A DNA stretch of 49,676 nucleotides, counting the filler, from Streblomastix strix (taxonomy: Eukaryota): the NCBI GenBank assembly GCA_008636045.1. It is 2 parts of 2 records of this genome, joined end to end, with 100 filler letters (N's around TTAATTAATTAA, not from the genome) between each part and the next. Parts side by side here need not be neighbours in the genome. Positions count along the whole stretch, not along the records: positions 1 to 24,830 come from SNRW01000225.1; 1 more part is not named here. One strand, written 5' to 3'. The translations under genes and the position numbers were made by a program. The notes below the pieces were generated by a model that saw only the letters and a program-made list of their open reading frames with translations, did not search any database and was not told where the DNA came from. Positions within the stretch are counted from its first letter, which is position 1. Every line of letters begins with the position of its first letter. Positions 1-11,300 of this stretch are shown in pieces.

Positions 1-2
1 TG

Positions 3-536
3 TCATTATAGGAACGAGCTGGTAAGAATGTCCAATAAAAGAGAATCATTTTGGATGATTTCCAAGAATCTCGATTTATGCATTAATTTATTGAAAGTAG
101 TCAAGATGTGAGTATGATCGAGAGAATAAACTATTCTAACAAAATTAGAAGGATTAAGAGTTAAATTAAAGAATTCAAAGAAAATACAACAAAAACCAAA
201 GAAAAATAATAATAATCATAAAAGAATAAAAATATAATTGAAACTTCTACATAATAATAGAAGAACTAAGAAATATTAAATCCTTAATAATAAATATATA
301 ATCCTTTAAGCTTTAATAGTTTCCAGCCCAATTAATCACCTTTCACAAATTATAGTCCAATTTCTTAATCATTATCTTCGTAATAACAATTAAATTGGTA
401 GACTCCACAATTATTCTTTAATCCCTCACAAATTCCATAAAATATTAACTTCAATAATTTTAACAATAATTTCAACTAATAGCATATGATAATATAAAGT
501 TCTGATGGATAATAATTGCAGATGATTAAGAATTGA
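3..536 (+). CDS. 3' end of a host gene with a Gln/Asn/Ser/Pro-rich C-terminus (5' part outside the window)
   Basis: Frame 3 is open from 3 to TGA 534-536 if TAA/TAG=Gln: SLQERAGKNVQQKRIILDDFQESRFMHQFIE...QQLQMIKN*. TAA runs sit in Gln-rich context. Confidence 0.75.
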
Positions 537-1139
537 ACAAAGCTATGATAGAAATGAAGAAAAACTAATAAATATATATTTCTTTGTATTAATACAAATA
601 GAAATATACGAGAGTTTATGATTTAATATTTTTTTTAAAATATTAATTTTATTTTTCACTCTATTTTTTACTCGTTTTTTTAAAAAAAAATTATTATTAT
701 TATTATTATTTGTCTATTATTAACAAATTTTTAATTATTTTTTTAAAAAAAAATTATTATTATTGGTCTTTTATCACACTTCATTATTTTACTTTTTTAA
801 TTATTAATATTGGGTAAAAATAATAGCATTTCTGAATCGGTCCTGGTTTGACCATTTCAGAAAACCCGAAATACACTTCGGGCGCGAAACAAAAAAGTTA
901 GTAAGAAAATTTGTGGTACACTTTACAATTCACCACTTTTAATAAATTTTTGAAACATATATATGTCTGGATCGAGAGAAAAATTTTGAATTTTTAAATC
1001 AATTAAATATTATAAATAAAGTTATTGTATGTTTAAACCTGGTTGGAATAGGGGCGGAGCAAAGAAAACTTATATGGAAATTGATGTGATGCTGTAGGTG
1101 ATGCTGTACATACACATTAAGTTTCTGGAAATGGCTTCT

Positions 1140-1387
1140 GTAATGAGGCACGTTAGTTGTATTAGTGGTCGAAGTTCGCCCAACGTATAATATATTTGAC
1201 TTATCTGGGTAATCTCGGATAAATAAAATTGATTCACTCATATTTATTTATTCGTTATGCTTTCGCATCGCTCATTCATAAATACTCATGCCCCTTCTTT
1301 ATTTATTTATACACGAGATTACGAAATCAAATGTATAATAAGTTAGAGCGAACTTCAACGACTAATACTACTACTGTCTCTCATTAC
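1140..1387. repeat. Long imperfect inverted repeat (arms ~85 nt, spacer ~75 nt)
   Basis: 1140-1227 GTAATGAGGCACGTTAGTTGTATTAGTGGTCGAAGTTCGCCCAAC...GTAATCTCGGATAAATAAA aligns with the reverse complement of 1302-1387 (GTAATGAGAGACAGTAGTAGTATTAGTCGTTGAAGTTCGCTCTAAC...GTAATCTCGTGTATAAATAAA). Confidence 0.9.
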
Positions 1388-1761
1388 TAATCCAATCACC
1401 GTCTTTCATTATCACTAATCATCAATGCCTTACATATATGAATAAAAAAAAATAAAAAATAAATGTTTAACGTTAATGTTAATTTTAAATATATATGTTC
1501 GTGTTTCAAAATATGTTAAATAAATAATATGTGACAAATAAATAAAATTAATCGAATTTAATGTTATTGGCAAGCGAAAATCAAAAATGTAACGTTAAAA
1601 AAAATTTCCCGTTAGCGCGAATTATTTGAAATTTTGTTTTAAATTTATGCTAATTTAGTTTAAAATATATTAATTAAATATAATTTGCATTTTAGCCCAA
1701 AAATATCATACACACAAATTTCAAAAACCAAAAAATAAAAAATATAATAAAAATGCCTCGC

Positions 1762-1970
1762 GTCAGCATTGGCTGACATAGCACCCAACACCTTCTTTTT
1801 TTGATGCTGGGCGGACTTAGTCCTGTTCTTTTAATTTTTTGCAAGAACAGTTGTCCCTCCGCTCATAGAAAAAATTTAAATGAACTGTAATTTTACTCGA
1901 ACGAAAGAACGTGAGCGGGGAGTGTCGAACATAAACACTCGATTGGGGCAGTGGGGGGGCAGTCCCACTG
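1762..1970. promoter_or_regulatory. Cluster of consecutive short GC-rich hairpins upstream of the integrase
   Basis: GTCAGC/GCTGAC 1762-1777; GGAC/GTCC 1813-1823; CTGTTCTT/AAGAACAG 1823-1850; CCGCTCA/TGAGCGG 1859-1918; GAGTGT/ACACTC 1920-1940; CAGTGGG/CCCACTG 1949-1970. Function unknown. Confidence 0.55.
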
Positions 1971-2033
1971 ATAATCCAAGGACAATATTAATATATTTTT
2001 ATTTTATATTAAAATAATTTATTCTAATATAAA

Positions 2034-3199
2034 ATGAGTTATAAAAATAAACCAATTAACGAGATAATCGACAATTTAAGTTTTAAACCAGATAAAATAA
2101 ACCTGAAGGATTTCATTAAAAATATTAATTATTATTTTAATTAATAATTTTCAATAAATAATTTAGAACAGATATTTTGAAATAAAAAAATTTCGCAATG
2201 GTATAAAATTTATTTAGATAATTATTTAAAATATCACGCGGAAAGAATTAAATAAAACATTAAGCCTAAAAAACTGCATGAATAAATTGAATAACCAAAA
2301 ATATAAAATCCATTTAGTAGCAAGGCAAAAGATAAGTCTGAAATTGTCCAAGATATTAAAAAAACTATTAAAGAAATATCAACGGCCTTATTATTCGCCT
2401 CTATTGGGCAGCTGGGAAATTGATGTTATTTTCATTATGCATCCAACTATAAATAAAATAATATAGCACTATTTTTTTGCTATTAATATAAATACATAAT
2501 ATTTAATTGTTTATCCAATCAAAGATAAATCAGTAAATGAATTATAAAAATGTTTTAAATAATTAATAGATTATCAATCAGTTTCAAATATTCGTTCAGA
2601 AGGTGAGGCCGCACTCGGTAGCAAATAAATAATGGATTTTCTAAAATAAAATGAAATTAAAAATTGTTTTAATTCCTCAAAATTTATCAATTAAAATCGT
2701 ATTGTTGATTTTGTTATTCGAATAATGAGAAATGCGTTTGAATATGATGATCATCTCATGGCTAATAATAAACAAATGCAGTAAGTCGTCGATGAATAAA
2801 ATAACTCTTTGCATTCATCATTTAAGAATAAATTTACTCTTACATAAGTGAATGAATCAGAATATTTAGAATATATATATATTCAATAGAAAAAAGAGAG
2901 ATACATCCAATATAAAAGAGTTATAAAATAAGGATAATTTATTAGACCTCAATCGACGAAATATAATAATGATTCATCTTGACCTATCAAAACCGGCGCA
3001 CAATTTCGAAAAGAAATGAAACCAATTTTACTTGATAGCAACATTTATAAATTATAGTTATAGAAACGTTATCTGTGAATTATTGAAGCCCTACAAAGAT
3101 ATTAAAACAGTTGAGATACCCGCATATTATACTAAGAAAGTGGCTGATTCTATTGATAAGCTACAACAGAAATACAAACGAACTTATAAATTAATATGA
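2034..3199 (+). pseudogene. Polinton-type retroviral-like (rve, DDE) integrase, disrupted
   Basis: Reads KKYQRPYYSPLLGSWEIDVIF...YFFAININTQYLIVYPIKDKS...NIRSEGEAAL...QNRIVDFVIRIMRNAF...QQVVDEQNNSLHSSF. The second catalytic D position reads E. There is an in-frame TGA near 2178 and frameshifts near 2350 and 2910. Confidence 0.8.
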
Positions 3200-3229
3200 T
3201 TTGTTTTTTATATTTTTATTTATTAATAA

Positions 3230-3694
3230 ATGGAAAATAAAGAAATTAAAGAATAAAAAAAGCCACGCAAAAAGTATATTAAAAATGTGAAGCCAGCAAT
3301 GAATTCAGTTGTGGAGCCAGTTGCGGTGCTGATAATGGAACTTGTAGTGGAGCCATCAGGTCGGTCTCCGACCTCGCCTACTGCGTAAGCAGGCTAGCGG
3401 CTGGAGTCAGAAACGGAGCCTTAATTGGAGCCTATTGTGGAAGCTCCAAAATAAGGAAGGCTTAGAAAATATTAAACAGAAGAAGAGGCTAAAGAAAAGG
3501 CGAGATTATAAAGGAAGCATTTTAAATAGAGACTGAGAGAAAAATAAAAAGTATTTAAATCAGGTATTTCTGAGTTATAATTATCAGCCTAAAAATTATT
3601 AAATAAAGTAATTTTATCAAAGGTGGATTTAATTAAAATACTCGAAATAATCGAAGGAGGGCTAAAGGAACAGATCGACGATATTTCTAATTGA
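3230..3694 (+). CDS. Small viral protein (154 aa) with EP-rich repeats and an AT-hook-like/basic segment; probable DNA-binding protein
   Basis: Open from ATG 3230 to TGA 3692-3694 in table 6: MENKEIKEQKKPRKKY...EAPKQGRLRKYQTEEEAKEKARLQRKHFKQR...DDISN*. Confidence 0.65.
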
Positions 3695-3719
3695 CTTTAT
3701 TTCTTCTTTTTATTTTGCC

Positions 3720-4664
3720 ATATATTCTTAGTGTTTCTTATGCGGCTGCTGATTTCTTTAATTAACTAGGATTAATATAATTCTTTCTCTCCTTTGGTTT
3801 ATTTATTTTGCTCGATTTATCATAAACTTCTTTTTTCTGCATTAATAACGACATCCCGCCAACATTCATATAGTATCCCGTTTTCTTTTCAGGATATGGA
3901 TTATTAGTATGCGCTGCGTTTATAACTGATAATCCCCCAATCTGTGGCTCCTGTATAATATTCCAATTTATTTATATCTTTTTTTGTTTCTTTATTATCC
4001 TATATTAAGTGTGTAGCCCATAATTTCTCCTATTCTTATATTTCCCGCAATTATTAAATAATATTTTCCCCTTGTTGGCTGCCTGCGTCCTAATCAGTTT
4101 ATTAGCTATCTGGGCTTTATGATGAAGTTCCTTTTTAGAAATCAGTTTCATATCCTATTTATGGAACAACTTTCGATGAACTACCGCTTAACATGTAATT
4201 TTAAGCTATTAACATATGCAATGGTAAGGCTCTGCCAGCTAAATCATTTGCAGGTTCATTTATCACTGCGTTAGGATTATACATATCAGTAAATGCTGGG
4301 TCCTTGCCTCCTTTAAGTAAATCAATGATATGGTTTTATTATCTTGCCTAATTTTCCATATTATAATATACGGACTGGTAAGTCTTAAATTTTGCATACC
4401 TTATTTAGCTTTCTTGTTTTTATTTTGCAATTCTATCTTTTTCTGGGTCAAATAGTTCTTCAAGATAGTACTAATTATCGTATTTATTGCGTTCTTAACT
4501 GTGTGGTCTTATATTGTTGTTCTTCGGCTCTTCCGCTGTGTGTTCTTATATAGCATTTTCTTTTTTGCCTCATATATTATATTCATTCTTATATTTTTAT
4601 AATTTCTTTTTTTCTTGCGTTCCGTAATACCTCCTTTTGAATTTTAATCCAAAACTTTCGACAT
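3720..4664 (-). pseudogene. Hypothetical Polinton gene
   Basis: ATG at 4664, open for about 250 codons in table 6 (MSKVLDQNSKGG...YYLEELFDPEKDRIAK...KGGKDPAFTDMYNPNAVINEPANDLAGRALP...), then breaks down near 3890. The 3' end is approximate. Confidence 0.5.
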
Positions 4665-4824
4665 TTTAATCGATTTTAAAAATATTTTAATGATAATATA
4701 AATTTTAAATTTGAAACAAATGAAAAGCATCAATATTATGATTTTTATATCTAATCCGATTCTTCTCATAAATCAAATTTTAGCTCTTAAACAAAAATAA
4801 AAAAATATTTTTACGAGTATATAA

Positions 4825-5052
4825 ATGATTAAAATTTCATGTGAAGAATTTATGGTTCATAATTCATTCTTAAGTTCTCTGGTTTCTTTAGCCACGAAAT
4901 CAGACCCTGAACTTGAATATAGATTTTTATTGAGATAATTTAATAAGCGCCTGAAGATGGAAGAGCCAAAAGAAATTATATCGATATCCTAAGAAAATAG
5001 TTAGAATGCAATAATAAAATTAATGGAATTATTGAATAAAAGAAGTAAATGA
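4825..5052 (+). CDS. Small hypothetical viral protein (75 aa)
   Basis: MIKISCEEFMVHNSFLSSLVSLATKSDPELEYRFLLRQFNKRLKMEEPKE...NKRSK*, preceded by the same A-rich context (TAAATG) as neighbouring element ORFs. Confidence 0.4.
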
Positions 5053-5343
5053 TTCTTTATTTTTACTTTAAAAAAATGTCAAACATTGGCATTTAAAATA
5101 TTAGCTCTGAATCAGATGAGGACTTCGAATCATGGAAGACTACAATACTTATTGGCTATAATTCCTTTTAAGTGAATAGTATAAATAATATTCCGATAAA
5201 TTTAACCTATTATTTGAACAGCGATTACATAGAAATTTAGCATATTATTATTTCGACTCCTAATAGGAAAATATATTATTAAAATATCAACGGAAATAAT
5301 ACCTTTTCGCTTAAGGCATTGACGGAGCTTGGGCTGGAAAAGG

Positions 5344-5380
5344 AATGGCTGGCTCTCGTGTCTCGAGCCAGCCATTTTTT
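5344..5380 (+). terminator. 12-bp perfect stem-loop followed by a T-run (terminator-like)
   Basis: AATGGCTGGCTC (5344-5355), loop TCGTGTCTC, GAGCCAGCCATT (5365-5376), then TTTT, downstream of small + strand ORFs. Function is inferred only. Confidence 0.4.
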
Positions 5381-5564
5381 GGTTATTTTTCTTTCAATGT
5401 CTCTAATGAAAAAAATAAAAAATTATAATAAAATCTAAATAACGAATCTCTATATTATAAAATCTATATAATATTTTTATAATTATATATAATATATTTA
5501 TTATACATTAATATTCATTAAGAAACTCATTTCAAAAAAATTAATTTCGTGAAAATTTTCTTAT

Positions 5565-5624
5565 GGGGTCATATCTGTCATAGTCTGGCTTTGGCTGAGT
5601 CATGACTATGACTGATCTGTCCCC
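5565..5624. repeat. Imperfect 21-bp inverted repeat
   Basis: GGGGTCATATCTGTCATAGTC versus the reverse complement of GACTATGACTGATCTGTCCCC (GGGGACAGATCAGTCATAGTC), 3 mismatches. Confidence 0.8.
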
Positions 5625-6646
5625 AGAATTAAGATTTTCTAGAATTTCCTTTCACATTTACCACTTGCAAAGGTTATGAATGGGTATATATGTAGCATTA
5701 CTAATTCATTTTAGATAAATTATTAATTATTAATATGTAAGTAACCACAATTTAAATAAATAATTTTATTTCTTGAACTATATTATCAATTCTGGTTGAT
5801 ACTACTTAATTTTCATAATAAAATGCTATAAAATATTATTTTAATAATTTGAATATAATAAACATATTGCCAACTTACATCTAATATTTTTTCAAATTTT
5901 TGCTAGCATCAATATATATATTAATATTTCATAAGTTAATTAGTAATAATTTAAATATTATATTTCAATAATTACGCAATATTTATATTTTTGTACTACA
6001 GATACTTATAAACACTAGGCTGCTTTTTTTGCATAATAAATCTGGAAAATTGATAAGATAATCCGTTTAAATTTTGTTATTTTAAGTTACATTTAAATTA
6101 ATTTTATGGCATGCATATAATTAAGCAATTTATAAATTAAAATTTTAATTAGTTATATTTTTCTCAATTTTTTTGTTCTATTTTTTCTTTAATTTTAATT
6201 TTCTTCCACAACACATTGTTTTATCATAGTTTTTAATATAATTTAATATTAGTATTATATTTAAAATATGTTTATTATATAATATAAGCTATGTTTCAAT
6301 TTTATTTCTGCTTTATTTGAATTTTTTAACTTTTTAAATTAAAATATAACAATAAAATTAATTAAACTTCTGTATTTATCACAAATTATTTCTAATTTTT
6401 GTTTTATTTTAGTACTAAATTCTACAGATATACTATTGTATAAAAAATTGATTAATAAATATGATTTTTTACCCAAAAATGCTTATTTTCAATTAAAAAT
6501 TTTTTATTTTTTTTTTCAAAAATTTAATAGAGATCAAAAAAAATTTTTTTTCTTTGTTAAATTTAAAATATTATTTTTTGATCCAGCCACGGTGTCAGTC
6601 ATACAGCAAGCCATTTGGTTCGGGGAAAAAAATTTTTTCCAGCCTA

Positions 6647-7880
6647 ATGGAGCTTTCTCCTCTCAGATTGAATTTAAGTATGGATATCTATTATTCATAT
6701 ATTGATGACCAAGACAATTAAGGATATAAATACGTCCCGCAATTATTAGCATTATCAAGTACTCAATTTAATAATTTCAAAGATGAATAAGAAAAATATT
6801 TCAAAAAATAGACTATAATAAATCAAGAGGTTATCTGCTTCAATAGTCTCCATAATGAACATACATAAAAATTAGCCAGCCGCTAGGCGGAAGTCGGAAG
6901 ACAGACCTAATAATTTTCATTAAATACAAACTGGGGAACGGATATAGTAAATTCAACAGTGAATTATACAAATTTAAGAATTTACGCGTTTCGTTATCAT
7001 TATTGGATAATGGATTACAGTGTTGGCACCGCTTATAGAGCTATTAGACTAATCCGATTATATTATCCAACTACAAATAACTTCGTAACTTCGGTTTATC
7101 ACCTCGCACCTAACACTTTATCTGTTTCATATTTATTTGGTAAACAATTAAATTTTAGTTCAACGGGTACGATTACAACATCTAATGACCAGCCAATTGA
7201 CGTTTAATAATAGATCATGCAACAAATAATCAATAATATAATTACGTTTCCCATGCGAATAATATGTTGTTTTCCTGCGCTCATTTCTTAAGAATGGCAG
7301 GATATTTATGCAGTCGTTGAAAGGGCTGGCTTCTATGGATAATTAATCGCGGAAGTTGTTAGCGAATGGTAATCAATGGGCATACCAGCAAATCCGTCAT
7401 TGGTCCCATGGTACGCTAAAAAATAATATTATCACCAAATTTATAAGCTTAACTTGCAGGAGCTTTGGATTTAAATGATGGATTAAATGATAATAAAGCG
7501 AATTAATTGGTTAATTTCACATCATCAATTAAACAGATTGATTTGGAAATATAGTTTTATTAGTCTAAATTTTAGGCTAGTTTTTTTTGATTCCTGATAT
7601 ACCGATATTTTGTCCATTAATTGGTAATTTTATAGAGTATCCCCAGATATTAATCATATGCGTAAATAATTAATTATAGGGGATAACGTTGGAGGCAGTC
7701 GGAGGTAATGGGTTTAATAATGTATGCTTCAAATAGAATTTGGTTGATGCTCTTGTTTTATGGTTTTAGAACATGCTCTCGCAGAAGTGTTTTATTGGCT
7801 AGAATAAATCAGTAGTATTTACATTATATATAATAACTTTGGTCATAAGATGCCGACATATTTCATGGATTTATATAATA
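6647..7880 (+). pseudogene. Hypothetical Polinton gene (aromatic/beta-rich, possibly structural)
   Basis: Open about 260 codons from ATG 6647 (...NWGTDIVNSTVNYTNLRIYAFRYHYWIMDYSVG...VVERAGFYGQLIAEVVSEWQSMGIPANPSLVPWYAK), then frameshifts and stops. Confidence 0.5.
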
Positions 7881-7908
7881 ATTTACAACTAGAAATTTAA
7901 TATTAGTG

Positions 7909-7957
7909 ACTCCGTTAATGACTCCGTTAATGGGCCCATAAATGAATCCGTTAATGG
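7909..7957 (+). repeat. Degenerate 12-nt tandem repeat
   Basis: GACTCCGTTAAT GACTCCGTTAAT GGGCCCATAAAT GAATCCGTTAAT. A related 12-mer array lies in-frame in PolB at ~9606-9655. Confidence 0.7.
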
Positions 7958-7999
7958 TTATGAAAAAACTTCTTTTTTTTCTATTTTTATCTATTATAA

Positions 8000-8320
8000 A
8001 TGGACAAATTAAATAAAAAAATCGATTACTATTAAACAGCAGCAATAGATTACGCGTTTTGTATCAAAAGGATAAACTAATATAAAGATTAAATAATTCA
8101 TCCCCAAAAATATTCTAAATAAACTAACGGCGGATAGTTTAATAATTAAACGGAAGATATTCACATTAATGGAATTATTGATGAAGCATAAAGTTAGATA
8201 AAAATATATAAATAACGGCTATATTAAGATAAAGAAGTCATCGAAGTTTTATATTAAGCTTATCCAGAATTGAGAAATGAATTTGATGTAATAAATTAAG
8301 AATTTGAAATAAATGATTGA
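8000..8320 (+). CDS. Small hypothetical viral protein (106 aa)
   Basis: MDKLNKKIDYYQTAAIDYAFCIKRINQYKDQIIHP...LYQAYPELRNEFDVINQEFEIND* is open in table 6. Confidence 0.55.
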
Positions 8321-8393
8321 TTTAGTTTATATTTATTTTTTTCCTAACTAAATTTATTTAGATATTTTTTTATTTTTTTAATTTATAATAAAT

Positions 8394-11300
8394 ATGCCTT
8401 ACTTAAAGAAATGCGAAATCATCAAATTATTAGGATCAAATGAAAAAATCAAATTAAAAAAATACTAAAATAATAGCTTAATCAATAACTAGACTCTTTT
8501 AATTTCCTCAAGAGAAGAAGAAATAATTTTAATACTCTAAATAAATTTATTACTGCATAACATCGGAGATAAGAATAGGAGCAAGAAATCCAAAATCATT
8601 TTCTCAATAAGACCAAATAATATTCCAAGCCGCCAACCTTTTAAGAAGCGAAAGACGCTTTAGTTTTGCTCGAACTTTATATTGACATGATATTTAATGA
8701 AGAAATAAGCGATAAAATTAAAAAATATGGTAATAAATAAGTTAATGAAATTTAGAATGATTTCTCTGATACTTTATCTTATTTCTTACCCCAAGACATG
8801 GATAAATTTGTCGAAACTGCTGATAAAGCACGTTAAAGATTCAAATTTGAGTAAGTAATTGAAGGAGACATCAGCGGCATATATTATAATAATATGATTT
8901 ATTCTTTATAATAGATATATAAATTTATTAACTAAGTATATTTAAAAACAGAATCATAAAGAATTTAAAGTTACCTTTGATTTTGGAGTTATTTATGAGG
9001 AGCAAAACACAGACAAAAATGGGCATTTATCAACTTCATACGATTATATTTTACCACAAGAAGCAAGAACATAAAAGCATATCCCCAAATCGATAATCAC
9101 TGAGTAAGACATCGAAGAATATAAAGAATATGGTAAATCAGAAATAATAGAGATGCAGAACTTAAATTTGGATAGCGCAAAACAGCGATTTATTGCCTTT
9201 TATTCGAAGATGATTAAAACGTTTGCCTTTCCTCAGTTTCGCGTGGGCAGCAGCTTCGGGGAACTAATAGACTTTCATCTGCAAAGCCATAAGAACTATT
9301 TAAGAACGACAATATGAAAATATAATACATATTGGTTTTATATATATAATTTATTTAAATTCCCTGATTCACATGAGAATGGAATAAAAGAACATTCGCG
9401 GGAGCTTAAGGCCAAGCATCATAAGATGAAATATTATAATGTATCCGCGAAGTAATTTTAAATTCGACAAAAAGATTAATAAAGATTCGATATTGATTCA
9501 TAGATTGATATGTTCATTTAAGACGAGAAAATTAATATAAATATTTATGATTATGATACTGAGCAAAAAATATATTATCAATCAAAGACATATAAATTTA
9601 ACGAAGAATCCAGTGATGAATGCAGCGATGAATCCGCTAATGATTCCAATAATGTCCCCGTGTTTAACGTTTTAATTGCCTCTTCAGAAGATAATGAAAC
9701 CCAAGCCATTTATATCTCGAATAAAGAATAATAAACAGGATTGAAATTTTGTCTCATCTATAAGTCAAAAGTATTCGACCTACGAAATTCACAATTTGAA
9801 AGAGATTATGAGAAGAACATTAAGAAATGCGAAATTAACGAAGGAAAAATAATAAAGGAGGTTAAGCTGGAGATTGTTCAATGGCCATTTTGTCTGCATA
9901 TAAATTAGAACAAAACATCTATTTCTGTTGGCAAATGATAGAGAGAACGAATTCAAACCGACATAATACTATATCACTTATGATTTTAGAACAGTGGGGA
10001 AAGTAATCAATAAAGATTTTGGCAAATCAAGCAAACAGATTTCATAAATGGTACCACTTTCTGTAGCTATGACAATTATGAATAAATAAGGCATAAAAAC
10101 GATTAATTTCTACTTAAGAAATGGTTTGGACTTTATAAATTAATGGCTCAAATAAAAATTTATCAAAGCTGAATAAATATAGGAAGACAACAAATATTGA
10201 ACAGCTGACGGAATTATAGACAGAAACATCGACGGATCTGTTGAAGTTCCTATCGTTGGGTTCAATAGCGCGAGGATTGATTTTGCGTTGATATTTAAAA
10301 ATCTATAATCATTAGACTGGGAAATTAAGAGTTATATTGGTAGTTTATAACAAACCAAATCATTCATTGTTTAACAAAAGCACTCAGAAATTAAATTAAA
10401 ATTCGGTGATATAATGGTTTATGTTCAAGCGATGACATTGAAAGATTTCGCAAAAAATTTTGGTGTTTCAATTGAAAGTAATTAAAAGGGTATATTTCCA
10501 TATGGATATATTAACACTGATAATTTTAGTGATGTCCTCAAAGATTCGGAGCTATTCCCTCAATAGGCTTACAATTCAACACTAAAGAACTCATCAATGA
10601 GCGAAGATGACTATAAAAATTATTTAGATGACACAAAATAATTTAAAAATAGATGGGAATATCTGCCGTATTATAATGAACAAAATATCAAAATTATGAT
10701 AGCGCCGATAGGCAATTTAATTTAAATGAACTTCAAATAAAAAATTGATATTTTTAACTTTATGTTCATGGCTTCATGCGCTAACGCTATCAAATACGCA
10801 TTAGCTTATAAGGACTTTGATTTAAATGTCAATTATCCGCCTATTAAAGACAACTCTTATAAGTTCGTTTTATATCCCTCATATTGGAAAAATATAGTAA
10901 ATGGTATAGATTTTAGGATTAGTTTAAGCATCATGATTATTCCAATATCGTCGCCGTCAATTACTATGAATATTTTATGCAATTACTCGAATCCTCTGTT
11001 TGTGCCATTTGTGGTGATAAATTTACAGTGAATAATAAGCCAATACCTGATCGAATCAAAAATAATTTATTTCATACAAAAGATAATGTATAACCGTACT
11101 GCATATACTGCAACAAATACTCTTCAAATAAAGATATAATATCAGTCTATTATTTAATTAACTTCTTAGGTATTTTATGCTTCGCTGCCTCCCTACAAAT
11201 ATTACCAATATGGGCGATTATAAACTTATTCGTGGAGGAATAACTGGTGGGCTCTCTAATGTTATGTAAAAAGAAAATATAGCGGGTAAGGATAATATAA

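Noticed and set aside
999..1241. 80-aa minus-strand ORF from the track
   Set aside because: It overlaps the long inverted repeat, has no recognisable motif and lies in an apparently non-coding terminal region.
5640..6430. AT-rich stretch that might hold host exons
   Set aside because: No convincing open frame or exon chain was found on either strand.
808..6590. Possible TIR pair between ~808-1000 and ~6450-6590
   Set aside because: Only short AT-rich words match (TTGGGTAAAAA, AAATTTTTGAAA, CTGGATC) and they are not collinear.
7909..7957. Short repeats as a possible CRISPR-like array
   Set aside because: Direct tandem 12-mers without spacers, in a eukaryotic context with no cas-like genes.
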